Assembly: GCA_029717555.1 (NCBI GenBank)
Contig: JAMDHS010000035.1
Location: 1 to 64,000, forward strand
Length of the DNA: 64,000 nt
Direction of reading: 5' to 3'
Source: Peribolospora baueri
Lineage: Eukaryota
Shown in pieces: positions 21,966 through 33,523 of the stretch (the first letter of the stretch is position 1; each line of letters opens with the position of its first letter). The position numbers and the translations under genes are program-made. Below the pieces are notes generated by a model. That model worked only from the letters and a program-made list of their open reading frames with translations. It was not told the origin of the DNA and ran no database searches.

Positions 21966-24301
21966 TCAGAACATGCCGGGCATGCCGCCGCCCATACCAC
22001 CGGGCATGCCGCCGCCGCCGGCGCCCTTCTCCTCAGGGCCGTCCACGATGGCGCACTCCGACGTGGACAGGAGCGAGGCCACGCCCGCAGCGTCCACCAG
22101 AGCCGTCTTGACCACCTTGAGCGGGTCGATGACGCCGCGCTCGACGAGGCTGGCGAAGGAGTGCGCAAGTCGGCGGCAAGGCGTGTCAGTCATGAGACGG
22201 ACCCGCACACTACCCCAGGCAACAAAAGACGAACGAGCAGAGACTCACTTGGTGTACTCGCCGACAGCAGCATCGTAGCCAAACTCAAACTTGTCGCCAT
22301 ACTCCTCCAGCAGCTTGCCCACCACCACCGAGCCCTCGCTGCCAGCGTTCTCTACAATCGTCTTGGCCGGCTTCTGCAGCGCCTGGCGGATAATGTTAAC
22401 GCCGAGCGTCTGGTCAAAGTTCTCCGTCTTGACGTCGTCGAGCGCCTTGGATGCCTTGAGCAGCGCCACACCTCCACCGGGTACGATGCCTTCCTCGACG
22501 GCCGCGCGCGTCGCGTTCAGCGCGTCGTCGTACCGGTCCTTCTTCTCGCCTACCTCCACCTCCGAGCTACCGCCGACCTTGATCACCGCCACACCGCCGG
22601 AGAGCTTGGCCAGGCGCTCCTGCAACTTCGTCCTGTCGTACTCGCCCGTCGTCGTGTCGTTGATGGCGGCGCGGATCTGCTCGATGCGCGCCTGCAGCGC
22701 GTTCTTGTCGCCCTGGCCCTCGAGGATCACCGAGTCCTCCTTGGTGACCGTCGCCGCACCGCACTGACCGAGCATCTCCGGCGTCGCCTTGTCCAGCTTG
22801 ATGTCCAGCTCGTCGGAGAAGACAGTGCCGCCGGTGAGGATGGCAATGTCGCCCAGGATGCTCTTCCGGTTGTCGCCAAAGCCGGGAGCCTTGACGGCGC
22901 ACACCTGGAGCTGGCCGCGGAGCTTGTTAAGGATGCATGCCGCGAGCGCCTCGCCGTCGACGTCCTCGGCGATGATCAGCAGCGGTCGGCGCTGCTGGGC
23001 CGCGATTTCGAGCGACGGAAGGATGTCCTGAAGGAGCGAAATCTTCTTCTCCGACAGCAGCACCATCGGCTTCTCGAACTCGCACCGCTGCGTCTTGACG
23101 TCGGTGATGAAGTAGGGAGAGATGTAGCCACGGTCGAAGCTGTCATTTGCCCAAGACGACGGATCGGATGAGCCAACCCATCCTCGCTGCAGTCGACTGC
23201 TCTGCGATGACAAAAAGAACACTCACCGCATGCCCTCGGTAATCTCGATCTCGTCCTCGATCGTCTTGCCCTCCTTGACGGTGATCACGCCCTCCTTGCC
23301 GACCTTCTCCATGGCGGCGGCGATGAGCTCTCCCACGTGCTTGTCGCCGTTGGCGGAGATGGTGGCCACCTGGGCGATCTCGGCGCTCGTCGTGATGACC
23401 CGCTTGTTGGCCTCGAGGAACTTGATCACCGCGTCGACGGCCGCTTGCGACCCTCGGCGCAGGTCCATCGGGTTGCATCCCGCGGCGACGTTCTTGACAC
23501 CCTCGCCGTAGATCGCTCGCGTAAGCACGGTGGCGGTCGTCGTGCCGTCGCCGGCGACCTCGTTCGTCTTGTTGGCCACGTCCTGGACGAGGCTGAGGCG
23601 CAAGGAAGTAAGACGAATGTGAGCGTGCTGAGTTCGGGACGCCACGGAACGCCACCCGGTCGAGGGGCGAGGGAGGCTCACCGAGCGCCGAGGTTCTCGA
23701 ACTTGTCCTTGAGCGTGATGGACTTGGCCACCGTGACACCGTCCTTGGTGATCTTGGGACCGCCGAAGGCTTGCTGAAGGGGCGCGGGCGCGGACAGGGG
23801 CAGCGACGTGGGATGTGAGCGAGGACCGCTGGGGGCGCGCAAAGAGGCAAAGATCGAACAGAGAGAGGCGCGCGCGGCGCACTCACCTCGATGATCACGT
23901 TGCGACCTGCGAGAAGGAAGGCGCAAAAGGGGAAAAGAAGGCGGTTAACGCGACGGCCATGGACGACGTCGCAATTCGAATCGAAGCGCATGCACACGCA
24001 CCCTTAGGGCCGAGCGTGACAGAGACGGCCTTTGCGAGGACGTCGACGCCGGCGAGCATGGCCGTCCGGCCTTCGTTGGAGAACTTGAGCTCCTTGTGCG
24101 TGGCCTAGACGGGGGATCAAAAAGGGGATGAGCGTTTAGGGGCCTGCGCGGGTCTGCGGAAGAGCGAGATGGGAAGCATCGCATCGGTCGGTGGCTCACA
24201 TATGACCTCGCCAAGACGCTCGAGACGGGCAGCGAGTTGCGCGCCAGGCTCCTGGGGAGCGTGGCGGCCCGAGCGAGAGGTGCGGAGGAGAGGCGGTTCA
24301 T
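21966..24301 (-). CDS. HSP60: Mitochondrial chaperonin Hsp60, multi-exon
   Basis: Arg/Ser-rich presequence. Motifs [74 protein letters not shown], and C-terminal [15 protein letters not shown]. Confidence 0.97.
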
Positions 24302-24728
24302 CGTCCGCGGGGTGAGTGGGTGCGCGGTGGAAGGACGGTAGGGGGGAGGAGATGGTGGGAAAAAAGGAAAAGGGTAGAGGCGAGAAGAAGACCGAAGGGA
24401 AGCGAAGCGGAGCGGGTTGGCACTGGATGGAGACGAACGGAGCGACGACGAGTCGAACCTTCTCGACCGATCACCGGCCGCAGAAAATTTTGGCCGCAGG
24501 GAGGATCGCAGGCGAGGCGAGGCGAGCCGGCGCTCGCCCGGCCGGCGCTGAGGTCGATCTCGGAAGTCAAGTCAGCCATCCTTCGTCCTTCCATATCCAT
24601 ATTCCATATTCCATCCTTCCATCCTTCTATCCTTCCACCCTCCATCCCCCTCGTCCTTCTCCACCCACCCACAACGTCCTCCGCTCATCGACAACGCCGC
24701 CAGTCAGCAGACAAGCAAACAATACAAG
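24302..24728. promoter_or_regulatory. Bidirectional HSP60/HSP10 promoter with HSE-like element
   Basis: 427 bp between divergent ATGs. cGAAccTTCtcGAc at about 24454-24467 is an imperfect heat-shock element. Confidence 0.65.
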
Positions 24729-25221
24729 ATGGTAAGCCAGCCAGCGCTCCCCCTCCAACCGATCCGCCTTCTTGCCCCCTTGCCTTGCCGCTCACATGGA
24801 CACACGTCTATGCGCGAACCCGTGCTGATCGAGCCCTTGCTCCCTTCCCTTCCTCCCTGCCCCTGCTCTGCCGCCGTCGGCTTCCGCTTCGCTTCGGCGC
24901 TCCTGGCTCGCCCCTTCTGCAGGCCTCGTCCACGATCCGGGTGAGCAGCGCCGTCCGCCAAGGAAAGAAGGAAGGACTCTTCTTCTTACGCCATGCCACT
25001 TGTTCCTTTTCGCTTCTTCTCTCGCTTCCAGTCGATCAAGAGCGTCGCTCCTCTCCTTGACAGGGGTGAGTACCGAGGCCGAGCTATAAAGGACTGTGTG
25101 CCGTGGTGCAGACGACGGGTGCTCATATTGCGTTCGCCTCCCTCCCCCACGCTCTGCTCTTTCAGTTCTCGTCCAGCGCTTCAAGCCTGACGCGGTGAAT
25201 AAACGCTGTGCACCACCCTTG

Positions 25222-25264
<43 letters not shown>

Positions 25265-25722
25265 NNNNNNNNNNNNNNNNNNNNNNNNNNNNNNNNNNNN
25301 NNNNNNNNNNNNNNNNNNNTTCCGATCTCTTTTAAATCCGGCTACGTCTGCTCATCTGCCTGCCACCACGTACGTGTTTAGAAAACCGCATCCGGCATCT
25401 TCCTCCCCTCCTCCACCGCCTCCTCTCCGCTCCCCGAAGCGACGGTCATCGCAACGGGCCCGGGCGCGCGGGACAAGGAGGGTAAGGTGATGCCCGTGTC
25501 CGTGGCGCCCGGTGACAAGGTCCTCCTTCCCGGCTGGGGCGGCAGCTCGATCAAGGTTGGCGATGAGGTGCGTTGCGTTGGCGCGGCTTAGCGAATAAGG
25601 GGCGGGCGGAACGGCATCGGCCCTCACGCTGACCTCGTCCCCTCTTTCTGTCTGTCCCTCCCTGCGCACAGGAATACTACCTCTTCAAGGACAGCGAGAT
25701 CTTGGCAAAGATCAACGAGTAA
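24729..25722 (+). CDS. HSP10: Mitochondrial co-chaperonin Hsp10 (6 coding exons)
   Basis: Exons 24729-24731, 24923-24940, 25032-25065, 25166-25194, 25382-25567 and 25672-25722 give MASSTIRSIKSVAPLLDRVLVQRFKPDAKTASGIFLP...VAPGDKVLLPGWGGSSIKVGDEEYYLFKDSEILAKINE. Confidence 0.93.
25226..25328. other. Poly-T run, assembly gap (N 25265-25319) and likely adapter remnant, inside an HSP10 intron
   Basis: 39 T, then 55 N, then TTCCGATCT. Confidence 0.9.
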
Positions 25723-26843
25723 ATGCAGAGTGCCGTAAGCGAGAGGCGGCTCGTCGAGAGGACCGTTGCGTCGTGTCGCATCGCCTCGCGCTCGAGACGG
25801 GAGGGAGGGGGGCGTGGGCGGTGAAGGTGAAAGTGCAATTGCAAGGCATAGTCACCCATCCACTCGTTCGTTCGCATGCATTCATTGGTCCTGCGGCCCG
25901 GGATGTCACCGCAAAAGTGTGGCGGTCGCGACGCGGCGCCGTCTGGCTGTGAGCCATCCTGTGAAGTATCGTATCGTCCACCACTCAGTCAGCCAGTCAG
26001 TCAGTCAGTCTGTCCGTCTCTGTTTTGCTCGTCTGTCTCGCTTCAAGGGTCTCTTGTCGTCTCCAAGCGGCGTCCGGACCGATCTTGGTTGTGTGGCTTT
26101 GTCTCGTCTTGTCCGCTTCGATGGGCCGATCCTAGGCGCATTTAATCAGGCCGTCGCTCGCCCCGCGGCTTGGCAGACGCGTCCAGAGGGCGTCGCGTCG
26201 AAAACGGACGAAGGCCCGTGCGCGTCTCGCCTCTCCTCGCTTCGATTCGCTTCGACTGGACGCGGTTCGGCGTGCGTCGTCGCTGGCTAGCCCAGATGCG
26301 CTCTCCTCGTCGTAGTCGTCGTCGTCGTTGTCGTCATCGTCTTCGTCATCGTCGTCAAGCCGAGTCGAGTTTTGTCGAGCCGAGCCAAGTCCAGTCCGAG
26401 TCCGAGTTGCCGTCGTTCCATCTCGTCGTCGTCCGCATGCATTTTCGACTTCCCCTCCTTCCGTCTCTCTCCTCCCTTCCACCACTCCTCCCCTCCGCTT
26501 CCAGTCCCTTTTAACCCTCCCTTTCTTCCTCCTCCAGCTGTCCCCTCACCTTCCGTTCTCTCCTCCCTCCTCCTCTTTCTGTCCTCTTACCTCTTTCCTT
26601 CTCTCCTTCGCTCGCCTCCTTGCGCCTCACTAGCTCATTTAAAACGACGCGACGCGACCGCTCCCTCAACACTTCCTTCCAGCCTCGCACCGGCTCGTTT
26701 TCCCTTTTCCCTCCACTCACCTTCTCTCCTCGCCCATCTTCTTTCGCCCTTCCTTCCTCGTCCTTGCCCTGCCCTCGCTCACCTTTTCCCACCTTCCTCC
26801 CACACCTCCAGACGCCAAAAAAAAAGAAAGAAAAAAAATAAGA

Positions 26844-29800
26844 ATGGTCCCTTCCACTCCAGAGGCCAGGAGACGCACCACCACCGTCGCCTCCATGCCC
26901 CCTCTCGTCCGCAGATCCACGCCCGTCAAGTCCTCCGTTGATCCCCTCTCCGTAGCTCGCCTCTCTTCCATCGCCTCCGCCTCGCGCCACCGCGAACAGA
27001 GCCTCGACGCACCCTACACTTCCTTCCCGCCTCCGCCCACTTACGCCTTTGCCAGCAACCCGCCGTCACCATCCAGGCCAGGCGGAGTGCCCACCGATGG
27101 GTGGAGATGCCCCGACGGCCTTCATTCGCCCTCCGACTGGTGGCGATGCACCGACGGCGCTCATCCCCTACCGCCCTCGATTCCCCGTCCCCCTCTCTCC
27201 GACACCGGACGGGGCGCGCTCAACGTCAGCGTGTCCTACCAAGACGCATTCCGCCGCGCCCCCAGTCGTGGCTACGCTTTGTCGTCCACCGTCCTTGGCC
27301 CTCACGAGCGTCTGTCTCATGTGCCCGAGGAAGACGAGTTCGAAGAACACGACGCGACGCTTTCACCACCCGTCCCTGTCGCTCTCACCCATCCCTTGCA
27401 CGCCGCTGCCTCTGATCCTAAGCCCAGTCCCAGTCCGCTCAAAGCGCCTTCGCCTTCGCATGCTCACTCCTCCCAATGGCACTCTCCTCCTCGTCGTACG
27501 TCCGGCAGGAGCCTCCATGACGTCGTCCAGATGGGACAGTGGCTCCACCTCACGCCCTCAAGCACAAGTGCCAGCAGGACCTCTTCCGGACGGTCGACGG
27601 CATGGAGTCCAGAAGCCAGCCGACGCACGCTCAGTCGCGACAGTGGCTTCGCCACCGGTTTCGCCACTCCGTCCGCTAATCGCCACTACGATGCCAACAC
27701 GCCTTCGTCCGACTACCCGACGCCCTCGCCGTACTCTCCACAGCTCCACGCAGACCGCTTCATCCGCTCCGACGCCGTGGACGACGAGTACAGCCCTGAG
27801 GAATCCCCCGACACGCCCAGGACGATCGACAGCGCCATCCCATGCAGGTTCGGCGCCGAGGACGTCTTCGGGAGCGGGCGCCGCGTCGACTCGGCCGGAA
27901 CATTGCAAACCGCCAACGCCGGAGGCCCATTCCTACCGGCAGGCGCCGCTCGCGCCTTTCGCAAAGGATCCGAATGGAGGCTGGACATGAGCATCGTATC
28001 GCCTCACGATGACGTCTTCTACCAGGGCACCAGCGTTGAGCACACCCACGACGGGGCCTGCAGAACCGGCTCCCAATCGCTCGTGGCTAGCGTCCGGTCG
28101 TCTATGAGCGTCGGACATGTCGCCCACTACGGCGGTTGGAGTCCCGAGCAAGTCACCGTGACGCCGACGCGGCTTCTGTCCAGGACGGCGTCGAAACAGG
28201 TCAGCTTTTTTTTTTTTTTTGGTTTTACTCGTCTTACCGCCATCCGCTCCGTATCTTTGACTGACGGGCTGACCCGCGTCTCTTCCATTTTTCGCGGCTG
28301 GCAGACCTACCGTTCCTCTTCGCCTCGCTCGCCGACGGCCAGTCCGAGCCCGCGCAGCCAGCAATGCTTTGGTGATGCCAGTGGGTCTGATGAGTTCGAA
28401 GCGGACGGCAGCGAGATTTGGGACGACGAGAACGCGCAGTGGTCTCCGTACGCGTATTCCAGAGGTGGACGCACGCCACTTGGCTCTACTTCGCCAGAAT
28501 GTAAGGCCGTGCAGACTTCGGAACACGCATCCTCTCCGTTCCGTTCTCCAGCACGCTACCACGGTACCCGCCCGCCGCCGAGGCCGCAAAGGAGCGCGAC
28601 GCCTTGGAGCGAGACGTCGGATGTGTGCACGTCTCCTACTCGGGGAGTAACGCAGGTGAACGATCGCGCAAGCACGCCTCGCGCCGACAACGTCGACCAG
28701 GCACCAGTTAAGGAGGAGGTTTACGATCATGGACAGCGCGAGTTGGAAGCGGAGCACCAGTGTAAGCAGCGCACGTCTCTGCGCGTCGTCCTCTCCAGGA
28801 CTGGTGGCGCCTGGAAAGTCGAGCCCTCTTCGAGGGAGACTCAAGAGGATGAGCCGAAGCCTTTGCCGTCTGGTCCTTCCGGCTTTGCTTCCGCAGTCGT
28901 CCCTCCTCCCGAGCATTCTCTCCCAGCTTGGAGAGGGCCATCGTGCATTCACGACGGGCTCTTGCACACGGTGTCAAGCCCCGTTCATGCCAGTCCCTTA
29001 TGCACCAAAGTTCTTCGCAGCGGCGCCCACATCTCCTCACCTAGTGTCCAGCCAGTGGAGGCTCGCTGGCTGAAGAGGTCTCAGCCGGCGCAGGACTCGA
29101 CGTCCCCCAGTGCCGCCAAGGATTATTTTGACGGCGCGTTTTCGAGATCACACGACGGCGACGGCCGTCGTCCCCACTTCCACCATTTCTCTTCGCCGAC
29201 TCCCCGCGCGCTAAGCGACCATGAGAGCGCGGCAGACGGTCGCTGTGACGGGGACGGAGGTGGAGGCGAACGTGCTATGTGGCAGGCGACGGCGGCGCTG
29301 TCGCAATTCCAGTCGCGTTACGTGACGCGCGCTCAGCGCAGGACGATCCAGGCGCTGCAAGGCCCTTGCGAATCGAGCAACACGGAGATGGAGCAGATGG
29401 ACGAGTTTGAGCTGGGCGCCCTCGAGATCCTTGTCAACATGAAGAACGGCGATCGGCACGAGCCCAGGGTCGGCGGCCCGGGCCCGAGCCAGAGCCAGAG
29501 CGAGGTCGGGTCGATGGGAGGCCGCGGCTTGAGTGTGTACGCTTTGGGAGAATCGCTGCCCGCCCTCGGTGCCGGCACGACGCTGAGGCGGAAGAGACAG
29601 CGGCACGACAGCTGGCATCAAGAAGAAACCGTTTCGTCCGATCTCTCCAGCATCCCTGGCAGCGACCGTGGCTCCAGCCCTCCACCTCCGCCCGTGGCGA
29701 AGCGTCGCAATGCCGCCCGTAGAGCAGCGAGGCGGGTCCGGTCGAGGAACATGACGGGCGCCATGCCCCATTCCCATTCTCCCTTTGCCATCGTGTCCCG

Positions 29801-31571
29801 CCAGAGCGCCGTTCTCAGCTCTTCCGCTTCCATCGAGCCCGACCCCGGCTCCTCCGCGAGCGCCCCGACGCTGGCTCTGCCGCCATTGCCGGCCTTGACG
29901 CCCGCCAGCGTCCTTCCGCCGGACCTGATCAGGCGCACCCCACTCCCACCGTCGACGAGGACTGGCCACCTCCGCCGCACGTTCCCCACGAGCGTGCCGA
30001 TGGACGAGCAGTTTCCGCTGTTTTATCGTCGCTTTTTTGTGCCTACCATTTTCAACAGCGACGATCCCCTCAAGCTCGTCCTCTTTGGAGATGTCCAGAC
30101 GCCCGGAGACGGCGTCGACCGGTGCGTCTCCTCGACCTTGGATTGGATGACAGGCGTTCCTTCGCTGACCGGCTCTCTTGACCACCCTCTTCTTTGTTGA
30201 CAGTTCGCTGGCGGAAGCGGCTAGGCGGAATGAACGCTGCTCAGGCCAGGACAACCCTCCGCGCGGACCTTTTGATCTGTGAGCGCTCTCCCTTCTTTTT
30301 CGTTCTTTCCAGGAACCCACCAAAGGCTGACTGCGGCTCGCACACGGGCTTGTCTTTGTCAATTTCAAGGTACACGCCGAGGCTGGTCAAGGGTGTAGGC
30401 CCGAGCAAGGTGGGCCTGTGCCCCGTTTGCTGGGAGGACGGTGGCGCGGCAGTGTGGCTCAAGATGAAGCAATCCGCGTACAACTATCACATGCTGTGAG
30501 TTTGTTTCGTTCGGTCGATTTTCGAGACGTGGACGTTTCTGTTCACACTTCTCGGCTTCCTTTTTTGTCACACGTGTCGTGTCACATGCGTCAGATACGC
30601 TCATGGTGAGCTTGGGCTTGGGCTTCGCGCTTCCGGCTCGGGATGATTTTGTCATGCGGCGTTTTCTTTTCTGTTCGACCGAATCACGCTGATGACCTGT
30701 TGTTGAACGCGCCATCCCTCCTAACAGGCATCTCTTCAAGCGGAGAACCTTTCTCGCCGCCGGTGGCATACCGCGTCGTCGAGCGTCGGGCAACGACGGG
30801 GCGCGAGAAGAGCGAGATCAAGGAGGGCCGGTGCCATGAGTGCAACAAGTGGGTGCCCGTCGAGGGAATCAAGATTGGCATGGTGCAGTGCCCAGAGATT
30901 TATTGGTGGAAGGTGAGTGTCCCCGGCCTTTCTACGGTCTTCCGTCTTTCTGTGTTCGTACCTCCGTCCAGTCGTCGATGGTTCTACCAGAGCTAACACT
31001 AACGGACGTCTCGCAGCACGCCGCCAAGTGCCACTCGTCGCGCGTCATTGGCGAACAGGACGACTTTGTGGAGAACGCGGCTCTGCGGAGGATCCTGGCG
31101 TATGAGCGCTCTGACAGCGAGGGTGGTGGCGGAGAGACGAGCGCAAGCAACGGCATGGTCGGAGGCGGCGCCCAGCGCAGCGGAAGCGGAAGTACCACCG
31201 CCAGCAGCGCCGGCGCCAGCGCCTCCACGAGCAGACCTGCTACGCCTCCGAATGCACTGCCGAGCCCGCCTGTGAGACGTATTTGGGAGGCAGCGCCGCC
31301 AATGACGCCGCGTGGCCATCACCACACCGTTGTTGCTTCCGGGCGGGCCGTATCTCGGCCAGCCAGGTCGAGTTCGATCATGTCCATCTCTTCCCTCACG
31401 AGCCTCGAGCCAGACACCGAGCCGTCACAGGAGCGTCAGGACGCGGCGGCCAGGCAAATTTCCACGAGTCATCACGGCACTCCCAGGCCGTCCCTGTCGC
31501 CCGCGCCCGTGCCCGTGCCCGCGCCTCCTCCCAGGCCGCAAGCGGAGGAAGAGGCTGGGTGCGCTCGGTAG
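26844..31571 (+). CDS. Large transcription-regulator-like protein with Rua1 C-terminal (DUF4451) Cys/His domain, multi-exon
   Basis: The spliced C-terminal part reads FDLYTPRLVKGVGPSKVGLCPVC...WLKMKQSAYNYHMLYAHGISSSGEPFSPP...EGRCHECNKWVPVEG...EIYWWKHAAKCH. It follows a long S/P-rich N-terminus. Confidence 0.85.
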
Positions 31572-32250
31572 GTCATCGTCGGTCGTTTGAGTGCGCGGAA
31601 AAAAAAGGGTTGGCGGGGGGAGCGGGTATCTCTGTGAATATAAACCAAAGCCGATTCGATGGGGACCTTTGACTTGTTGGACGTTTTGCGTGGCTTACGA
31701 TATGCCCGAGGTCATCGTCGTGTTCGTTGTCTGAACAAACATGTGCATCATTCATTCATTCGCTCGCTCGATCGTATCGTTCAAATTGGCACCATTGGTC
31801 CAACCATACACGCACAGCACAGAGTGACCGACGTTTCGACGTTGGTTTGAACAGAGTCGGACAGCGTGCACTTTGCAAGGAAGCAAGTACAGATGATACA
31901 TCGGCATGAAAGACAGACGAGGGCTTTGAGAGGGCCGCTTGACCAACATGTACGGCGGTCGGGTCACGGCATCTCGCGCATGATCGTTGGACGGTTTTTC
32001 GCGCGATGGCGGCTTCCAACGTGTGTATTCGGTATTCGGCTCGCTGGGCTCGGTGGCCCATCTGACAGGGACGACACATAGCCCATCACCCATCGCGACT
32101 CGCCTTCTGTGCCCTCCTCTCGAAAAAGACAGGCGACCGGAGCGAGACGGAAATCCTGCTTGATAAACCGACGAGTCGCTACCGACGATGGACCGTCTCC
32201 GTAAACGGGTCGGACGCACACGAGCCTCCGAAGGCTGTCTGTTTTATTCA

Positions 32251-33143
32251 TCATGACCGCGCGGCCGTGGCCTCGCGTACGATGTCCTGTAGGTCCGGCG
32301 GTAGAGAGAGACCTTTTGCTGCTGCCTTTCCCGAGTCGGTGAGTTTGCGCCAGGTTCTGAGACGGAAAGACAAGACAGGCGAGAGGAGAGGGAAGGGGAT
32401 GGCGAGGATAAAGACGACCGAAAACCACGGTGAGCTCGTCAGCCCAGGCGAGGCGACCACCGGGCCCGGCTTTCAGCTTTCGTTCGGTCCACGGGCTCAC
32501 TTGGTCAAAATGTCCACAAACTTGGCCCTGTCGTACGTGCCCTCGTGCTTGCTCTTGAACTCGCCCAACTGGCTCTCCAGGAAGACCAGCACGGCGGCGT
32601 CCTCGAGCGCCTGCGAGCCTGCGTCGGTTCGCAGGTCCGTCTTGGACACCCAGCGACGGACCAGCTCTTGCTCTCCCTCCGAGATTCCGGCCTCTGAGAG
32701 CAGCGAGACGGCGCGGTTGGCTTGGATCGTGTAGAGGTCGCGGCCTGAAAGATGACAAGGGAAGCTTGTGAGCTACGAACGACGCCAAGCCGAGCCAGCC
32801 GCCGACGCTCACGCCACTTGAGGTACCCGGCCTTGCCCTCGGGATACTCGGAGCGCGGATGATCAAACCTCTCCAGGTGCTGACACCGGGCGGCTAGGCG
32901 CAGAATCTCTGGTATGCCGAGTCCGTCAGCGATTCCCCCCGCCGCGGCCAAGCGGAAGACCCACGACTCGACCTGATCCGCGTAGCCTAGCTCCTTCCCC
33001 TCCGGATCCCGGCGGTGAGCCTCGTCAATCAGTTCCCTGGCCGTCGCATACGCGGAGGGAGGAGACGAGGCCACCGTTCTCGCCGGATCTACACTGGTAG
33101 ACGCGGCTTCCGGCGTCGGCGTGGGGTGTTCGAGATGCGCCAT
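32251..33143 (-). CDS. DUF4202 family protein (3 exons)
   Basis: ARELIDEAHRRDP...ELGYA...[35 protein letters not shown]...SQALEDAAVLVFL...VDILTKTWRKLTDSGKAAA. Confidence 0.85.
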
Positions 33144-33523
33144 GACGGCGGAGCGGGGGGCGAGGAGGACAGGAGAGATGTGCCGACGATCGTCTGTTCC
33201 TTTCCCAGCTCTCGTTATCGCCAGAGGGAGGGAGCGGACGACGGACGTTGAGGAGACGGACAACGAGGGAAGGACTCTCGGTCGGTCGTCCGTCTGCTTT
33301 GCTACCTCGCACACGCCGGCGACTTGCATCCGATCGGATCCGGCTTTGCAATTTTTCCCGATCATCGCCCTTCTCGCTCCGGTCGGATTTCATTCTCCTT
33401 CTTCCGTTCTTCCTTCAAGCTCTTCAACCAAGCTCCCTCTTGATGCTATCCGCATGGCAGTATTTACGACTATTAACATAAGACAGTATTAGAACTCGAG
33501 TTAGGAAGAACCTCACTAGGAAG

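Noticed and set aside
22161..23171. 336-aa plus-strand ORF antisense to HSP60
   Set aside because: Shadow ORF produced by strong GC3 codon bias on the coding strand; no independent features.
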